A stretch of 64,000 nucleotides of DNA from Macrostomum hystrix (lineage: Eukaryota; Animalia; Platyhelminthes), in contig CATNEN010000025.1 in NCBI GenBank assembly GCA_950097015.1, positions 5,394,001 through 5,458,000 of the forward strand, read 5' to 3'. The position numbers and the translations under genes are program-made. Under the pieces are notes generated by a model, which saw nothing but the letters and a program-made list of their open reading frames with translations, was not told the origin of the DNA and did no database searches. Of this stretch, positions 61,412 through 64,000 are shown piece by piece. Positions within the stretch are counted from its first letter, which is position 1; every line of letters starts with the position of its first letter.

Positions 61412-62954
61412 GTCTAAAGGCACTGAAATTCGCTTGTTTATTTTCCTCTCCTATCTTCTTCGCTAACTAGCTATGTCGCTAATTGTAACTATTGCTCATT
61501 GTCAGTATTATGGTTATAGAAATCAATAATCTGGTCATATTTAACTCATCTTGGTGAGTTTTTTCTGATATATATGCTCTCTAACGATTACTTGAAACTT
61601 TGTTAAGTAGTGTGCTACAGTTTTTTTTTCTATTTTTTTGCTTTCTAGTTGAAAAAAACGAGAAATGCAAAAATAGGAAAAGATTGACGCAAATTATGTA
61701 ACACCCAAAATGCTTCATTTTTACACGCTTGCACATTCACCTTTATATTAACGCCTGTATACTACTACTTATTTTTTTATACCAAACAGTAGTGTGATAT
61801 GTTGATAAATACCATTTTGTATTTTCTTTGTTTAGTTCCCAGAAGCGGACTGTGTTTTTTGTTATAATCCGAATCTAGTGCACTGCGCCTGACTTGTTGT
61901 TCTCACTGAGTTCTTCTTTGCCACTCCACTTATTTTTTAAATAAATTCCAGTCAAAACCTCAGAAGATTTTAATTTATATATTACTTGCATATATTTTAG
62001 TGCATGCATAAAATCCTGTGCACAGTTTTATTTCTGTTTCCGATTATGTACGAAGCTGTCTGTATTATTATCCATTTTTCGGACAATTCACTGCGCAAAG
62101 TTGAAACTGATGAAGCGATTAGAATATAGATTTTATCACGCATTTTCCTTTCTACTTTCTTCTGTCTGACACTTTTTTGTTTAATCTCTTTGTGAAACTT
62201 ATTTTCCGCTTAAAAGAACAATGGTTGTGGTTGCTTTCAAAATAATGCTTTCTCTCTAAACATGGGATGTATTAGGTGGTGTAAATAATCCCCTCAATTT
62301 TCAATCCCAGGGGATAATAAATCCGGAATTTCTCAAAGAAAGTCTCCACTCTGATCACAAGTTTTTCGATACATATCGTCTAGTTTTTTTTCAACTAAAA
62401 TGGGAATTATCTCGAGCTGTTTATTCCTAATTGGTGTCCCTGTCACATTTAAGTCCACATTTAAGGTTGGGTCGATTTTTTAGATTCTATATTAAATAGA
62501 ATTTTAAATGAATAGAAATTGTGATTAATCATTAAGCACACTACAATGTGAAGCCACCTTGGTACTGCCGCACCTTAACTCGTTTATAATCAGTTCATTA
62601 TTGCCATGAGATGTTATTAATTTAGTATTTTTTCGTCTACTGTTTACCTGCATGCGTTCGAACGGATTTTGCAAACTTCTAATTATAAATGCTATAGATT
62701 ATATTGCATATTTACATAAATATACATATATATATATATGTTTACATTTTACACACTTCATTTTTTAGATTTAAAATGACACACGCATACACACACGTTA
62801 ATTATGTTAGTGCGGCGCAAATAAAGCATTCATATTGTTTCTGTCATTTTTAAAATCATAAATGTACTAATGAATAGTAATAATATGTACTGTACAGTTG
62901 CATACTGTGACTACAAAAGCTATATAAGATATACAGAAATGAAAAAAAAATAGT

Positions 62955-63205
62955 TGATTACAACTGTCATAATTGCGTCAGATGTGCAGCCGACAGCACG
63001 TGTCACATCTGATGGCTGCGTACGGCTGTTCAGTCCATGGACTGGGGGGGCGCCACACCCACCCTCAATCACCCCCAGCTGATGCTGTGAACTGAAGCAA
63101 CGCAGTGTTAAATGTAAGGACGCAAATTATTCCAGTAGTATTGTCGGGAATCGAACCCCCGACCCTCAAGTCGTGAGGCCATCGCTCTAACCAGTTCGCT
63201 AACCC
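62955..63205 (-). mobile_element. SINE family A, copy 5
   Basis: Plus strand GATTACA…CAGATGTGCAGCCGACAGC…AGTCCATGGACTGGGGGG…TCGGGAATCGAACCCCCGACC…CTAACC. Confidence 0.8.
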
Positions 63206-64000
63206 TCGCAAATTTGCTATCAGAAGCTTCTGGACTGGCCGTTCATTAAGCTGTGCAATTTTTTTACTTAGTTATTTCACTTCTCGTCCCAGACCTTCAA
63301 ATCCTCTATTTGGGATAATCTAAGTGTCGTGTAGACTTAAGCCTGCTCCCTGATAATCCCTTGGGGACGCCTTCCTTCGTTGACCTTGGGATCAGATTTA
63401 GGCGAGGAAAGAGCTAATAAAGACAGCCAACTGACGCAGGACAAAGTGGTTCTGGATTGACCAAAGACCCACTCCTTAATCATCATCTTGATTGGGATAT
63501 CAAAAAAACGTCCTCCCAGAAAGAATCACAGACGTAAAGTGGTGAATTCCTTCAATCCGTCAACTGCTGAAACGACTTCCTGAGCCGGGAACAATCAATT
63601 TTCTTGCCCCTTTTTCAGCAAACATCCGCCACTGCAGGTCAGATTCTCTATTGAGCAAATGAGAGAGAGAGGGAGAGAGAGAGAGTACAGTTGGAAAGCA
63701 AGCAAATGAATAGGCTAATTAGAACTGGCTTCTCAGCAGTGGCTGCGGCAGCTTGTGCCGCGGTTCCGGATGTGATTAACTATTTATTTGCTGTATTATT
63801 ACCTGCTATTTCCATCAGCTAGATGGACTCTAATTTATCTGAATAAATCTACTCTAATATCCTCTTAATTTTAGTGTCAGTGGTAAGTGCAGGGGACTCA
63901 TACTCCGTTAAGTCGTATAGCTAACATTTCTGTGCATGAGATATACACTACTGCTTAGGTAGAATAGAATAAGGAGAGAGATGAAAATTGTAGTTAGGGG

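Overview
Metazoan genomic DNA with GC-rich exons, AT-rich spacers and introns packed with minisatellites. This style resembles a free-living flatworm such as Macrostomum, which is an inference only. Host genes: an intronless aminergic class A GPCR (+), a 9-exon acetylcholinesterase-like gene (-) reconstructed to 669 aa with an intact Ser/Glu/His triad, a 2-exon UBAP1 (-) and a voltage-gated Ca channel beta subunit (+, first exon not found). The main finding is an apparently full-length, ORF-intact Jockey/I-group LINE (about 31.5-37.8 kb, -). Its ORF1 fuses a complete ALKBH2/3-like AlkB 2OG-Fe(II) dioxygenase domain to an RGG-rich linker and the usual gag-like three-zinc-knuckle module; ORF2 encodes APE endonuclease plus RT. 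Also present: a 250-bp solo-LTR-like insert with a hammerhead-like core, a tRNA-derived CORE-type SINE family (5 copies), a second SINE family, Merlin-like and hAT-like MITEs, a 990-bp tandem duplication, and signs that minisatellites arise inside, or travel with, mobile elements. All alignments were done by eye with no database searches. Repeat boundaries are approximate to about 10-20 bp.
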